A stretch of DNA of 64,000 nucleotides from Octopus vulgaris (lineage: Eukaryota). The notes beneath the pieces were generated by a model. That model made no database searches. It saw only the letters and a list, made by a program, of their open reading frames with translations, and was not told the DNA's origin. The stretch is from positions 109,058,001-109,122,000 of the forward strand of contig OX597818.1 in assembly GCA_951406725.2 (NCBI GenBank), read 5' to 3'. Position numbers and translations under genes: made by a program. Below, in pieces: positions 28,121 through 40,395 of the stretch. Position 1 is the stretch's first letter. The number at the start of each line of letters is the position of its first letter.

Positions 28121-29563
28121 TTCTGTTTTAATTTATTTTGTGTTATAATTTAATATTAATATTTTATTTTATCTATTCACTGGATTTCCGTTTTCTGTGA
28201 TAATTAATGTAGAAACGTTAGTTAAATTAAAACTGTGTCGTAATCATTTTACAAATGACTAGAACATAATATTTACCACAATTATTAAAGGAACGCAAAG
28301 AAAAACCTTATCAGAGACATCAGTATCAACTTTTATAATGACAGAACTTAATCACTGGATGCCCAATTGGAAGGTAATAATCTAGAAAAGTAGAGAAAGG
28401 ACACAACGATGTCAGATGTAACACCAAATCTCTCATGAAATGACACGATACAACCTAATAGACATTCTGTATAACAGATGTTTCCAGTCCATCTCAACAT
28501 TGAAACAGACATGAAAGGAACAATTGTCATAGTGGAGATGGTGGTGGTGGTGGTGGTGGTGATGGTGGTTCACGTGCAAAGGAGAAATGACATGATTCAT
28601 TTTAATGGATGTGAGTAATGTTGGTGTTTAGGCATTATTAGATTGCTCAAACTTCAATGCTTCAGGCAGGGAGCTTTCTTTTGAGAATGAAATAAACGTA
28701 GATTTAGTTTTTGTTCGGAGAAGAATAACTTAGAACATTATTTTTTTTTTTAAACTTCAATACAGAAATTATTTTTTTCTATCATGGACCAACACTTGTC
28801 CCATGAAAATCTGGAGCTTAACTTTGATCATTAAGGAATGTATAGGAGGTCATTGTTAGGACATAAGACCTTCTTATCTCCATCTGAATGACTAACATGA
28901 CTCAGGCCTTATAGATTAAGATGGAACTATGTAAAATTGGCAACATAACATATGCCTGAAGGTTCGTAGATAAACCAGTTGCAACTATTTATATATAAAA
29001 ATGAATAGAAATGTAAACAGAGCAACATTTTTCACAATGCCTGCACTAAGAATTCTCCTAACAAAGAGCAACAGTTTATTGGAAATATGGGTAACATGTA
29101 TTAGCGTTTCCACAACTTCTATAAATTCTAGTCTATTGAAAATATTGCTGATAATGTCCAGCCTGACCCCTGCAGTTTGTTATGAATAAGAAATTTATTC
29201 CCAGATCTTAATCTAACGTAGTTCATAAAGAGCATCTTTCCGTTGCAGTCATTACCCAGTCATTATTCACAACAGGCCAGAACTGTGTATAATGGCAAAC
29301 AAATCATTGTATATAGAACCAAATACAGGAATGAGTCAAAGGAATAATAACAAAGCAGGATGTCTTGAATCACACATCACTGCCACCACCCAACCATCTG
29401 ATCTGTACTTTCTGCTTACCTACCTACCCACCCACTAGCCCTTACCTGGCATCCACCAGACTCAAGTAATCTGTTTGGCGACCTGCTAGCTTTCTTCATA
29501 CACACTCCCTACTATCCTTACGCTTTCCAAGCAACTGCTATTCAAAGGAATTGGTGGTTACGA

Positions 29564-29583
29564 ATATATATATATATATATAT

Positions 29584-29660
<77 letters not shown>

Positions 29661-30097
29661 TATGTATATATGTATATACATATATGTATATATACATATA
29701 TATATACATATATATATACACATATATATATATACATATATATATACACATATACATATATATATATATATACATATATATACACATATATACATATACA
29801 TATATACACATATATATATATACATATATATAGACATATATATATATATATACATATATATACACATATATATACACATATATATATACATATATATACA
29901 TATACATATATACATATACATATATACATATATATATATACATATATATACATATACATATATACATATATATATATACATATATATATACACATATATA
30001 TACACATATATATACATATACATATATACATATATATATATACATATATACATATATACATATACACATATATACCTATATACATATACATATATAC

Positions 30098-30137
<40 letters not shown>

Positions 30138-30505
30138 ATACATATATACATATATATATACATATATACATACATATATATATACACATATATATATGCA
30201 CATATATATATACACACACACATACATGCATGCATGCATGCATGCATGCATGCATGCATGCATGCATGCATGCATCATACATACATACATACATACATAC
30301 ATACATACATACATACATACATACATACATACATACATACATACATACATACATACATACATACATACATACATACATACATACATACATACATACATAC
30401 ATACATACATACATACATACATACATACATACATACATACATACATACATACATACATACATACATACATACATACATACATACATACATACATACATAC
30501 ATACA

Positions 30506-30541
<36 letters not shown>

Positions 30542-30546
30542 TATAT
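29564..30546. repeat. ~1-kb compound microsatellite: cryptic (TA)/(CA), then (TGCA)n, then pure (TACA)n
   Basis: Directly visible; source of the 150-346 aa spurious ORFs. Confidence 0.97.
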
Positions 30547-31006
30547 AAGGGGAAAAAATGATTCAACTTGTTTTGCATTGACAGTACAAGATCAAGTCAA
30601 TACCACAGCAGACAGGGAAGTTAAACACACCGAGAGAGACAATCTATTGCATCATCTCTTTCCAAATAGACAGCTAGCCTAAGATAGGATGCAAGCAGAA
30701 TATTACAAAAGCGAACCTGATTGCTGTCTGAACAGACGATGTGCATACAGTCATGCCTGAGTGCATTGTCCTGAACAGACAGCCAGTTCACATACATACA
30801 CTATCTTACTAATACATGCTATCATTACTACACATACTGACAAAAGTACATTGCAGTTTTCTTTAGCATCCCTATGAACGAATTGTAATAAGGCAAAACA
30901 GATAGGGATGGGATTCCCATTTATGAATATACTGGTATTTAAGTAGGGACATCAATGGATTTTAAGTGAACTGGTAGAATATAGGCTGATTACATTTCCC
31001 CATATG

Positions 31007-31031
<25 letters not shown>

Positions 31032-31037
<6 letters not shown>

Positions 31038-31291
31038 CTGTTGTGTCTGGGGAGAGTCATTTTCTTTTTGTGCCTTATAATATAACACACTCACCGGTAA
31101 AGTTTCCACTTTTTTCCTATTTTTTATTTTTCTAAAATTTTCGTTGCGTCTTGCAACCTTTTCAATAGTTTTAAGACACAACAAAAATTTTAGAAAAATA
31201 AAAATAAGAAAAAAGTGGAAATTTTACCGGTCAGTGTGTTATATTATAAGGCACAAATAGAAAATGACTCTCCCCAGACACAACAGAATAT
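31032..31291. repeat. Palindromic element (~115-bp arms) with a hammerhead-like core at its centre
   Basis: CATATACTGTTGTGTCTGGGGAGAGTCATTTTC... pairs with ...GAAAATGACTCTCCCCAGACACAACAGAATATG. Confidence 0.85.
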
Positions 31292-31374
31292 GCTTCAACA
31301 CATGAACTCATATAAAGAATCTTGCAAACCAAATCCAAAAACGAAATATTATATATATATACATATATTATATA

Positions 31375-32948
31375 TGGCCCTGCTCGATCTGTAGAAAAGG
31401 CATAGGTAGAAACTCTATAAGATGTACCCAGTGTAAGCTATGGACACATAAGAGGCACAGCAATATCAAAGGAAGGCTAACTAGGAAAATAGTTTTTTTA
31501 TGTGGCAGTTGTTCAGGAGCAATAAACTCTGAAAATATGCTGGGAACAACTTCTGCCACATTCCAGGAAGAAAAACTAGAAGTAGTTGATAGCCTCCATT
31601 ACCTAGGGGACCAAGTCAGTAACGGGGAAGGATGCACTGAAAGTGTAACTGATAGAATAAGAATAGCCTGGGCAAAGTTCAGAGAGATCTTACATCTGCA
31701 GGTGACAAAGGGCCACTCGCTCAGAGTAAAAGGCAGACTGTATAACACATGTGTACGAACAGCCATGCTACATGGCAGTGAAACATAGGCCGTGACTGTT
31801 GAGGATATGCATAAGCTCGCAAGGAATGAAGCCAGTATGCTTTGCTGGATGTGTAATGTTAGTGTGCATACTTGACAGAGTGTAAGTACCTTGAGAAAAA
31901 AATTGGACCTAAGAAGCATCAGTTGTGGTGTACAAGAAAGACAATTGCACTGGTAAGGTCATGTGGCGAGAATGAATGAGGACAGCTGTGTGAAAAAGTG
32001 CCACACCCTAGCGGCTGAGGGAACCTGTGGAAGAGGTAGACCCAGGAAAACTTGGGACAAGGTGGTGAAGCATGACCTTTGAACATTATGCCCCACCAAG
32101 GCAATGACTAGTTACCAAGACCTTTGGAAATATGCTGCGCATGAGGAGACCGGGCAAGACAAGTTAGACCATAACCCGTGGCCTTTACCAGGGGTTTAGC
32201 CAGTTCACTTATGCATATCTTTCCTTCTTTGGACACAAAACCCAGCTTGCAAAGAGAAGTTGAGGCAAGTGAAATCGAAATCAAATTCGACAACTAGCAC
32301 CCATGCCAACCTCCCTTCATTGGACACTAAACTCTGCTTGCGAAGACCTGTTGGGGTGAGTGAAATCGAAATTGAACCAAATTCGATTCCTTACACTTGG
32401 CTCTGCATTGGCGCTAAACAGAGATCTCAACATACTTCCTCTAATGATATTTTCCTCCAATTTCAATAAGAGACAATCACTGCCTACAGCTATCCCTGCC
32501 CCTCTATCATACTCCAACCTCTCGCCTGGCACATAGCCACTTCTCTTAGTTCTTCTCCCTCTCTCAGGTGAGATGTCCTTGTCTTGCAAGCCACTTGGCG
32601 ACCCCACGGGTACTGGTGCCATGTTAAAGGCACCACATAAAGAGTATCTGTGCTGGCACTATGTAAAAAACACCCATGCCAGCACACGTAAAAAACCACC
32701 AGTGCCATGTAAAAGGCACCTGTGTTGGTACCGCATAAAAAGCACAGAGGCTGGCCCCACATATAGAAAGACCTCTGTACACTCTGTAAAGTGGTTGCCA
32801 TTAAGAAGGACATCCAGCTGTAGAAACCATGCCCAAACAGACAACTGGAGCCTGATGACATCTTCTGGCCTGCCAGCTCCTGTCAAACCATTCAACCCAT
32901 GCTAGAATGGAAAATAGATGTAAGATAATGATGATGATGATGATGATG
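31375..32948 (+). mobile_element. 5'-truncated RTE LINE with PHD-like zinc finger, RT C-terminus and long 3' UTR
   Basis: WPCSICRKGIGRNSIRCTQCKLWTHKR..CGSC; LEVVDSLHYLGDQ; KGRLYNTCVRTAMLHGSET*; in-frame stops; (GAT)n tail at ~32925-32948. Confidence 0.88.
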
Positions 32949-34228
32949 TAAAGGAACATGAACACTGCACATCTATAACCCTCAGGTTTGTTTTAAATAA
33001 TAGCCTTTACAATTACAGATCTCTTGGAGAAAAAGCAAGTCCTCAGCTTAACAAAGACAGCATCACTGAAATTTGTCTTAAACTTGAAACTCCCAACTAC
33101 TGACTCTCTACAAAACTCATTTTAGAACTGCAATGCAGCACTGCTCCTACATCTGAGACGACACTGCTTCTTTACTCACAGAGATCTTAGAATGCATCCA
33201 AAGAAAGGTTTGGCCCATAAATATGCCATCCCTTCTCTCTGCTTTTTCTTTCTTTCTTCCATTGGAGTGGCCTCTGTTTCTTGAAAGTAGCATATCTCAT
33301 GCCATAACCATTCACTTGTCTCTCTTGTAATCTATATTGTCACAACTCTCAAATCTCTGTGCCAACCATTATGCTCTCTCTCTCTCGCTCTCTCAAATAT
33401 CAGCCTTCAAGAGTTTCCTGTTTGCATATCTGTTCAACAATCATCAGTTTGCAACTATTCAAGTACAATGCTAAATATATCATTCCTCCTGGTCTTGGAG
33501 CACCCATAAAGACCAGGGCGCACAGTCCCCAGTTCTAAGCCAAATCAACAAAAAGAAATAATTATTGCTCATCCCTTCTACTGCCATTTTAAAATTTAAA
33601 TTTCTTTAACAGCATTTTGAATTTTTATCAGAAATTATCAATATTTGACCTTTGAGAATTTCATAAGTGTAAAGACAATCAGCAAAAACACACAACAAAC
33701 AAGACATTAATATTCCCATACAGACATGAGGAAATCTCAGGGAGCCTGAAGGTGAAAATCTTTTAGCCACTTATCATGTATCATAGGAAATTGTATTAAA
33801 TATACTCTAATGCAATAACACAAATAATTAAATTATAATATACGATGTGATAATATTAATAATTAAATCTAAAGTAATAATGTAATGTATATTGTCTTTT
33901 CGCTACACGAGGTACTGCCTTAATTACTAGTGGCTACTATATTTTTAAAAATAATTATCTAGTAGGAAATTAACAAAGTCTTTATTTAGAATATTTATTA
34001 AAAGGTATTCATAATAGTGACCATTATTTTCTTTATTTCTTCTTTGGATAAACGGTGACTTTTTCAATGTCTGAAATGAAACTCACAAACGTTTTAGATT
34101 CATTTTACTCTGCTGGTCAAATGAATTGGTAAATTGGTACATTATTTCGGTACTGATGAAGAAAATATCTTTATGATATTATGTCTTTTCCTCCATCTCA
34201 TATGACTCACCAGTAAAATGGCAAAATA

Positions 34229-34787
34229 CGAGGGTGAGTCAAAAAGTAATGCCATTTTGTTTAGGACAGGTATAATTACCAACACAGGAACATGTATTAT
34301 ACATCAAAATGAAGCTGGTCCTCTGTGGATCACATCCCTACATCTCAACATAGTCACCGTTTCTCTCAATAGCAATGTTCCACTTTCGAATGAGAGCATG
34401 TATCCCTGCCCCGTAAAATTCTGTTGACTGTCCTTTGAGCCACCTCTTCACTACAGTTTTCACTTCCTCGTTACTGGAATAATTTAGCGCCTTCAGACTA
34501 TCATCTCTTTGGCCCCATGAGAGAGGCAAACATTATTCCAGTGACGAGGAAGTGAAAACTGTAGTGAAGAGGTGGCTCAAAGAACAGTCAACAGAATTTT
34601 ACGTGGCAGGGATACATGCTCTCATTCGAAAGTGGAACATTGCTATTGAAAGAAATAGTGACTATGTTGAGATGTAGGGATGTGATTCACAGAGGACCTA
34701 ATTACATTTTGATGTAATTAACATGTTCCTGTGTTAGTAACTATACTTGTCCTAAACAAAATGGCATCACTTTTTGACTCACCCTCG
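34229..34787. mobile_element. Fold-back mariner derivative (two inverted transposase 3' ends)
   Basis: TA|CGAGGGTGAGTCAAAAAGT...ACTTTTTGACTCACCCTCG|TA; ~255-bp arms; spacer encodes LAPSDYHLFGPM; arms encode EEVKTVVKRWLKEQSTEFY..GIHALIRKW...DYVE. Confidence 0.92.
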
Positions 34788-34834
34788 TAGTATTATGCCC
34801 AGTATTCATTGTTGTTGGCTTTATCCCATGTCCC

Positions 34835-35235
34835 AGAATTCATTTTCTTCTTTGCTGAATGCCTCGTTTATGGTGATGCTGTTGGTGACTCTGTAGACCA
34901 ATTCTTGCTAGAAGAGTTGATGGCATTGACTGCAGGGTAATATTGGTGGTGGGTGAGGTTGATTTTGTTGAGCCCTTCTCTCCTGTCATTTGATTTCTTC
35001 CTTTTCTCTTCTGGTGGCATTGAAGTTTTCGGTTCCAATGCTGATAGAACACCACCACTTGGTGCAGCCTCAAGCTTGTGTGTCAAACAATTCTGGCTCA
35101 GTTCTAGTGGCTGCTTTCAGGGTTGCTTTGAATTGGTCCTTGTGTCTTCGAAGAGCAAATCCTGTGGTGTTTTTCTTGAAGGCAGCTCACTGAATGACAA
35201 TGCCCAGTATAGATGTACAGATAGCATCTGTAGCT
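34835..35235 (-). mobile_element. Decayed RTE/BovB LINE 3' fragment
   Basis: FSELPSRK..HKDQFKATLK..W..I..G..F..R..KEEIK and terminal ARIGLQSHQ..H finger remnant, spread across frameshifts. Confidence 0.65.
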
Positions 35236-35336
35236 ACGTTTACATTCATGGTCCTCAAGTTTAAAGAAATTAATTTGTTTTCTAAAATCTCAAACAACTT
35301 CTATGAGTGGAGAATGGCTATGAAGGAAAGATTTAA

Positions 35337-38267
35337 CAGTTTAACATTTTAAACCAAACATATTTAGCAAAATAATCTACCTATTTTATGTTCAAACCAG
35401 CTATATCTGGTCAAAATATTCTACCTGTCTTACGTTCAAACTTACAAGATATAGTCTCTCAAACCTACCCAACAAGATATGGTCTCCCAAACCTACCCAA
35501 CAACATATGGTCTCTCAAAACCTACCCAACAACATATGGTCTCTCAAACCTACCCAACAACATATGGTCTCTCAAACTCGCCCAACTAGATATGGTCTCT
35601 CAAACCTACCCAACAACATATGGCCTCTCAAACCTACCCAACAACATATGTCTCTCAAACCTACCCAACAACATATGGTCTCTCAAACCTACCCAACAAC
35701 ATATGGTCTCTCAAACCTGCCCAACAAGATATGATCTCTCAAACCTACCCAACAAGATGTGGTCTCTCAAACCTACCCAACAACATATGGTCTCTCAAAC
35801 CTACCCAACAACATATGGTCTCTCAAACCCACCCAACAAGATATGATCTCTCAAACCTACCCAACAACATATGGCCTCTCAAACCTACCCAACAAGATAT
35901 GTCTCTCAAACCTACCCAACAACATATGGTGTCTCAAACCTACCCAACAACATATGGTCTCTCAAACCCGCCCAACAAGATATGATCTCTCAAACCTACC
36001 CAACAACATATGGCCTCTCAAACCTACCCAACAAGATATGTCTCTCAAACCTACCCAACAACACATGGTCTCTCAAACCTACCCAACAACATATGGTCTC
36101 TCAAACACGCCCAACAAGATATGATCTCTCAAACCTACCCAACAAGATGTGGTCTCTCAAACCTACCCAACAACATATGGTCTCTCAAACCTACCCAACA
36201 ACATATGGTCTCTCAAACCCACCCAACAAGATATGATCTCTCAAACCTACCCAACAACATATGGCCTCTCAAACCTACCCAACAAGATATGTCTCTCAAA
36301 CCTACCCAACAACATATGGTGTCTCAAACCTACCCAACAACATATGGTCTCTCAAACCCGCCCAACAAGATATGGTCTCTCAAACCTACCCAACAACATA
36401 TGGCCTCTCAAACCTACCCAACAAGATATGTCTCTCAAACCTACCCAACAACACATGGTCTCTCAAACCTACCCAACAACATATGGTCTCTCAAACACGC
36501 CCAACAACATATGATCTCTCAAACCTACCCAACAAGATATGGCCTCTCAAACCTACCCAACAAGATATGTCTCTCAAACCTACCCAACAACATATGGTGT
36601 CTCAAACCTAACCAACAACATATGGTCTCTCAAACCCGCCCAACAAGATATGATCTCTCAAACCTACCCAACAACATATGGTCTTTCAAACCTACCCAAC
36701 AAGATATGTCTCTCAAACCTACCCAACAACACATGGTCTCTCAAACCTACCCAACAACATATGGTCTCTCAAACCCACCCAACAACATATGGTCTCTCAA
36801 ACCTACCCAACAACATATGTCTCTCAAACCTACCCAACAACATATGGTCTCTCAAACCCACCCAACAAGATATGGTCTCTCAAACCTACCCAACAACATA
36901 TGGTCTCTCAAACCCACCCAACAACATATGGTCTCTCAAACCTACCCAACAACATATGGTCTCTCAAACCCACCCAACAACATATGGTCTCTCAAACCTA
37001 CCCAACAACATATGGTCTCTCAAACCTATCCAACAACATATGGTCTCTCAAACCTACCCAACAACATATGGTCTCTCAAACCCACCCAACAAGATATAGT
37101 CTCTCAAACCTACCCAACAACATATGGTCTCTCAAACCTACCCAACAAGATATGGTCTCTCAAACCCACCCAACAAGATATAGTCTCTCAAACCCACCCA
37201 ACAAGATATAGTCTCTCAAACCTACCCAACAACATATGGTCTCTTAAACCTACCCAACAACATATGGTCTCTCAAACCTACCCAACAACATATGGTCTCT
37301 CAAACCCACCCAACAACATATGGTTTTTCAAACCTACCCAACAAGATATGGTCTCTCAAACCTACCCAACAAGATATAGTCTCTCAAACCCACCCAACAA
37401 GATATAGTCTCTCAAACCTACCCAACAACATATGGTCTCTCAAACCTACCCAACAACATATGGTCTCTCAAACCTACCCAACAACATATAGTCTCTCAAA
37501 CCCACCCAACAACATATGGTCTTTCAAACCTACCCAACAAGATATGGTCTCTCAAACCTACCCAACAACATATGGTCTCTCAAATCCACCCAACAAGATA
37601 TAGTCTCTCAAACCTACCCAACAACATATGGTCTCTCAAACCTACCCAACAACATATGGTCTCTCAAACCTACCCAACAACATATGGTCTCTCAAACCTA
37701 CCCAACAACATATGGTCTTTCAAACCTACCCAACAACATATGGTCTCTCAAACCTACCCCACAAGATATGGTCTCTCAAACCCACCCAACAAGATATAGT
37801 CTCTCAAACCTACCCAACAACATATGGTCTCTCAAACCTACCTAACAAGATATGATCTCTCAAACCTACCCAACAAGATATGATCTCTCAAACCTACCCA
37901 ACAAGATATGGTCTCTCAAACCTACCCAACAAGATATGATCTCTCAAACCTACCCAACAAGATATGATCTCTCAAACCTACCCAAGATATGATCTCTCAA
38001 ACCTACCCAACAAGATATGATCTCTCAAACCTACCCAACAAGATATGATCTCTCAAACCTACCCAACAAGATATGATCTCTCAAACCTACCCAACAAGAT
38101 ATGGTCTCTCAAACCTACCGAACAAGATATGATCTCTCAAACCTACCCAACTGTGTCTAAAATTAAACAGTCAGTTATCTTCTCAAAGCTACATGATGCA
38201 TCATTCATTCAAAGCAATGAGAACGAATAAACATTACATTTGACAGGTGAATCTGAATGCTAAAGGG
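35337..38267. mobile_element. piggyBac-like MITE inflated by an internal minisatellite
   Basis: Left TTAA|CAGTTTAACATTTTAAACC, right CATTTGACAG..AATCTGAATGCTAAAGGG|TTAG; flanks are collinear with 11983-12202. Confidence 0.75.
35445..38151. repeat. 28-bp minisatellite, ~97 units (AAC/GATATGGTCTCTCAAACCTACCCAAC)
   Basis: Head-to-tail units without spacers; unit count is 2707 bp divided by 28. Confidence 0.97.
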
Positions 38268-39767
38268 TTAGTTGGATGAATTTTGGGATAAAATTATTCC
38301 AATTACTAATTTATCTACAAACAGGAAGTCAGGTCAGTATTTACGCTTACATTTTATCTACATGAGAACATTAATTCAAGAAAATGCTGCAAAATTCTCA
38401 GACCATCTTAAGATAATGATGCTCTTAAAGGAAACCCCCAGGCAGTGTAATGCTTTGTGAAAACAGCCGTTCACTAATGAATATTTGAAGTACAAACTTT
38501 TATATTCATAGCCAGTTGTTGTCAATAAGTGTAGTTCTTTTTATAATACTGATGGTCATAGTTGTGCCAACAGCCTGTCATCGTTCTTCCAATCATAATG
38601 TCATCATAACATTATTTGTTTATTCCACTGGTCTTCACTTTGCCCATTAAGTCACAAATTTGTATTTCATTCTCAAAGTGACTCTAAGACGACCAGACCT
38701 AATGAGTTCAGATTGAAAATTCTAAAACCTCATTCACAGAAAAACAGCTGTAAGGGAATTGAAACACTGCTACTTCTGTCTTTGTCATCACTACCATCAT
38801 CACCATAATGGCAGATTCTACACAGTAGGTAAGGATTTGCTTCAGTATTTCACTGTTCTGAGCAACATTCGAACCATTGCAGCATAGGTTTTTTTTTTTA
38901 TATATATATATTCTTTAAGTACTGATTAAATATATACCAGTAAATAGAGACAGGGTGACTCTACATTTAAGGTACAAGATTACTGATGACAGGATCTTCA
39001 GTTCAGATGTCACTGCTATGAAGCTTTGTACCATAGCACTTTCTTCTACTTAGTTTGTTTTACTGAATAACATAAACCATTTCCACATTCACAATTGACT
39101 ATGTAGTATATAAACAATTGGTACATATATTATTGGGGACAATGGAATAAGTACCATTGAGCACTGGGGTCGATGTAATTGACAAGCCCCCCCCTCTTTC
39201 AGGCTTTGTGTCTACAGCAGAAAGGATTACTAATGCCAATGCTGTTGTGTTTCTTAGACTGATACAACAAAAATGATCAGCGTTTGACTTATTGGAAACT
39301 GAAAGTGGTAAAGAAAATATCAAGCATTTGGGGTGGGGGAGAAAAAGAGAGAAAAAAAATCACTCTGAGTGATCCCTGCATCTTCATGGAAAAAACTAAA
39401 CCAAAATTGTAAATTTACATAAAATGGCATTAAATTTTGGCAATAAAATGACAAGATGGTTGATCCATTGGACATAAAAAAGAAGTCTTGTATAGCTAAC
39501 TTTGTAATAACATCAACTAATCAAGCCATCAAACCAAAAGAAGCCTCTACATAGAACACTGACCTACAAGAAATAGCAACTAAATTTCCTTTAAATCACA
39601 GAAAATTTAAATAAAAATCCACTGGGTAATGTCCCACCAACACACTCACTGAAAGGAAAAAATGGCAGAATGGTCATGTTTGAAACACCTTTGAACATAT
39701 GTTCAATTAAGGCTAACCTGGGTTAAACTAAGAACAACAGCATCAAGCAAGTATTTTTTTGTTATTT

Positions 39768-39978
39768 AGGTGGCAAGCTGGCAGAAACATTAGCACACTG
39801 GGCTAAATGCTTAGCGGCATTTCGTCTACTTCACATTTTGAGTTCAAATGCCGCTACAGTCGACTTTGCCTTTCATCGACCCTGAAAGGATGAAAGTACC
39901 AGTTGCATATTGGGGTCAATCTAATTGACTGGCCCCCTCTCCAAAAGTTTCAGGCCCTTGTATCTAGAGCAGAAAAGA
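39768..39978 (+). mobile_element. SINE family A
   Basis: GGTGGCAAGCTGGCAGAAAC..GAGTTCAAATGCC; flanked by a TATTTT(T/C)TGTTATTT direct repeat. Confidence 0.75.
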
Positions 39979-40395
39979 ATATTTTCTGTTATTTCGTGTA
40001 TAATTTGGCTATTTTATAGATAGTTCATTTCTTGATTTATTTATTTTTTGATAGCCATTATAATTTGATTGTCTAACAACTGATTAAATAAGACTTATTA
40101 AGGATTCTCTAATTTGAAATTAAGATATTTCAGACAGAAACTGAAAGTAGCAAATGACATATAAATATTCAGTACAACACAGCAGTAAAGAGAAAGAAAT
40201 GTATTTATACCTGTTTATGAAAATAACTGGACAGCAACACCTGCTTCTAGGTGAAGGACTCACTGCAGTTCATTTCAGGCTACTTCTTGTGGCAATCATT
40301 CAGAAACAAATAACAATGCTACACTGTCTCTAAAAATTACAACTCTTGGCCCAACTTATGGACGTGAGTTTAATCAACTATGTTCATTATTCCTT

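Noticed and set aside
29538-30682. Long ORFs of 150-346 aa
   Set aside because: Translations of (TA)/(TACA) microsatellites.
34840-35264. Possible host exon (ORF 34868-35086)
   Set aside because: Other frames show RTE C-terminal motifs with frameshifts, so it is a LINE relic.
35445-38151. CRISPR-like array, or the 465-aa repetitive ORF 36010-37407 as a gene
   Set aside because: Units are contiguous with no unique spacers and there are no cas genes. The 28-bp unit usually lacks + strand stops, so ORFs appear in all three frames.
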